DNA of 62,315 bases, counting the filler, from Nemertoderma westbladi (Eukaryota; Animalia; Xenacoelomorpha), in assembly GCA_032718475.1 (NCBI GenBank). It is 3 parts of 3 records of this genome, joined end to end, with 100 filler letters (N's around TTAATTAATTAA, not from the genome) between each part and the next. Parts side by side here need not be neighbours in the genome. Positions count along the whole stretch, not along the records: positions 43,183 to 62,315 come from JAUCBJ010002956.1; 2 more parts are not named here. One strand, 5' to 3'. Positions 61,877 to 62,315 of this stretch are shown here, piece after piece. The number at the start of each line of letters is the position of its first letter. Position 1 is the first letter of the stretch. The position numbers and the translations under genes are program-made. A model generated the notes under the pieces. The model had not been told where the DNA came from. It saw only the letters and a program-made list of their open reading frames with translations, and ran no database searches.

Positions 61877-62315
61877 AACATGGTTACGGAATGTTAGTTT
61901 GGAATCAATAATGTAACGGACATGGTTACGGAATGTTAGTTTGGAATCAATAATGTAACGAACATGGTTACGGAATGTTAGTTTGGAATCAATAATGTAA
62001 CGAACATGGTTACGGAATGTTAGTTTGGAATCAATAATGTAACGAACATGGTTACGGAATGTTAGTTTGGAATCAATAATGTAACGAACATGGTTACGGA
62101 ATGTTAGATTGGAATCAATAATGTAATGAACATGGTTACGGAATGTTAGTTTGGAATCAATAATGTAACGAACATGGTTACGGAATGTTAGTTTGGAATC
62201 AATAATGTAACGAACATGGTTACGGAATGTTAGTTTGGAATCAATAATGTAACGAACATGGTTACGGAATGTTAGTTTGGAATCAATAATGTAACGGACA
62301 TGGTTACGGAATGTT
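61835..62315. repeat. 42-bp tandem repeat, at least 11 copies, running off the window
   Basis: AACATGGTTACGGAATGTTAGTTTGGAATCAATAATGTAACG; period 42. Confidence 0.97.

Overview
Repeat-rich genomic DNA of an invertebrate animal, made of three contigs joined by artificial 100-nt N-TTAATTAATTAA-N linkers (25585-25684, 43083-43182). Host genes: a G-protein beta subunit with an intronless CDS, a head-to-head pair of divergent two-exon alpha-tubulins sharing one intron position, the last two exons of a RAVER-like PTB-binding protein, an orphan fibrinogen-domain exon, and the first six coding exons of SLMAP. Roughly a quarter of the window is minisatellite. Several arrays visibly grew from local unique sequence (a SINE tail, two LINE ORFs, an SLMAP exon end plus splice donor), so most long ORFs in the supplied track are repeat artefacts. 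Mobile DNA includes SINEs, RTE/L2/CR1-type LINE fragments, piggyBac-, hAT- and Mutator-type MITEs, three Helentron/DINE-1-like elements, and the 3' end of a probable LTR element carrying a CCHC zinc-knuckle ORF. The most unusual object is a 455-bp non-coding insertion (13799-14253) with an 11-bp target-site duplication, an (ACCTG)3 tail and about 11 back-to-back hairpins; its empty site is preserved in a duplicated block of the same array. All family assignments come from motif recall, not database searches.
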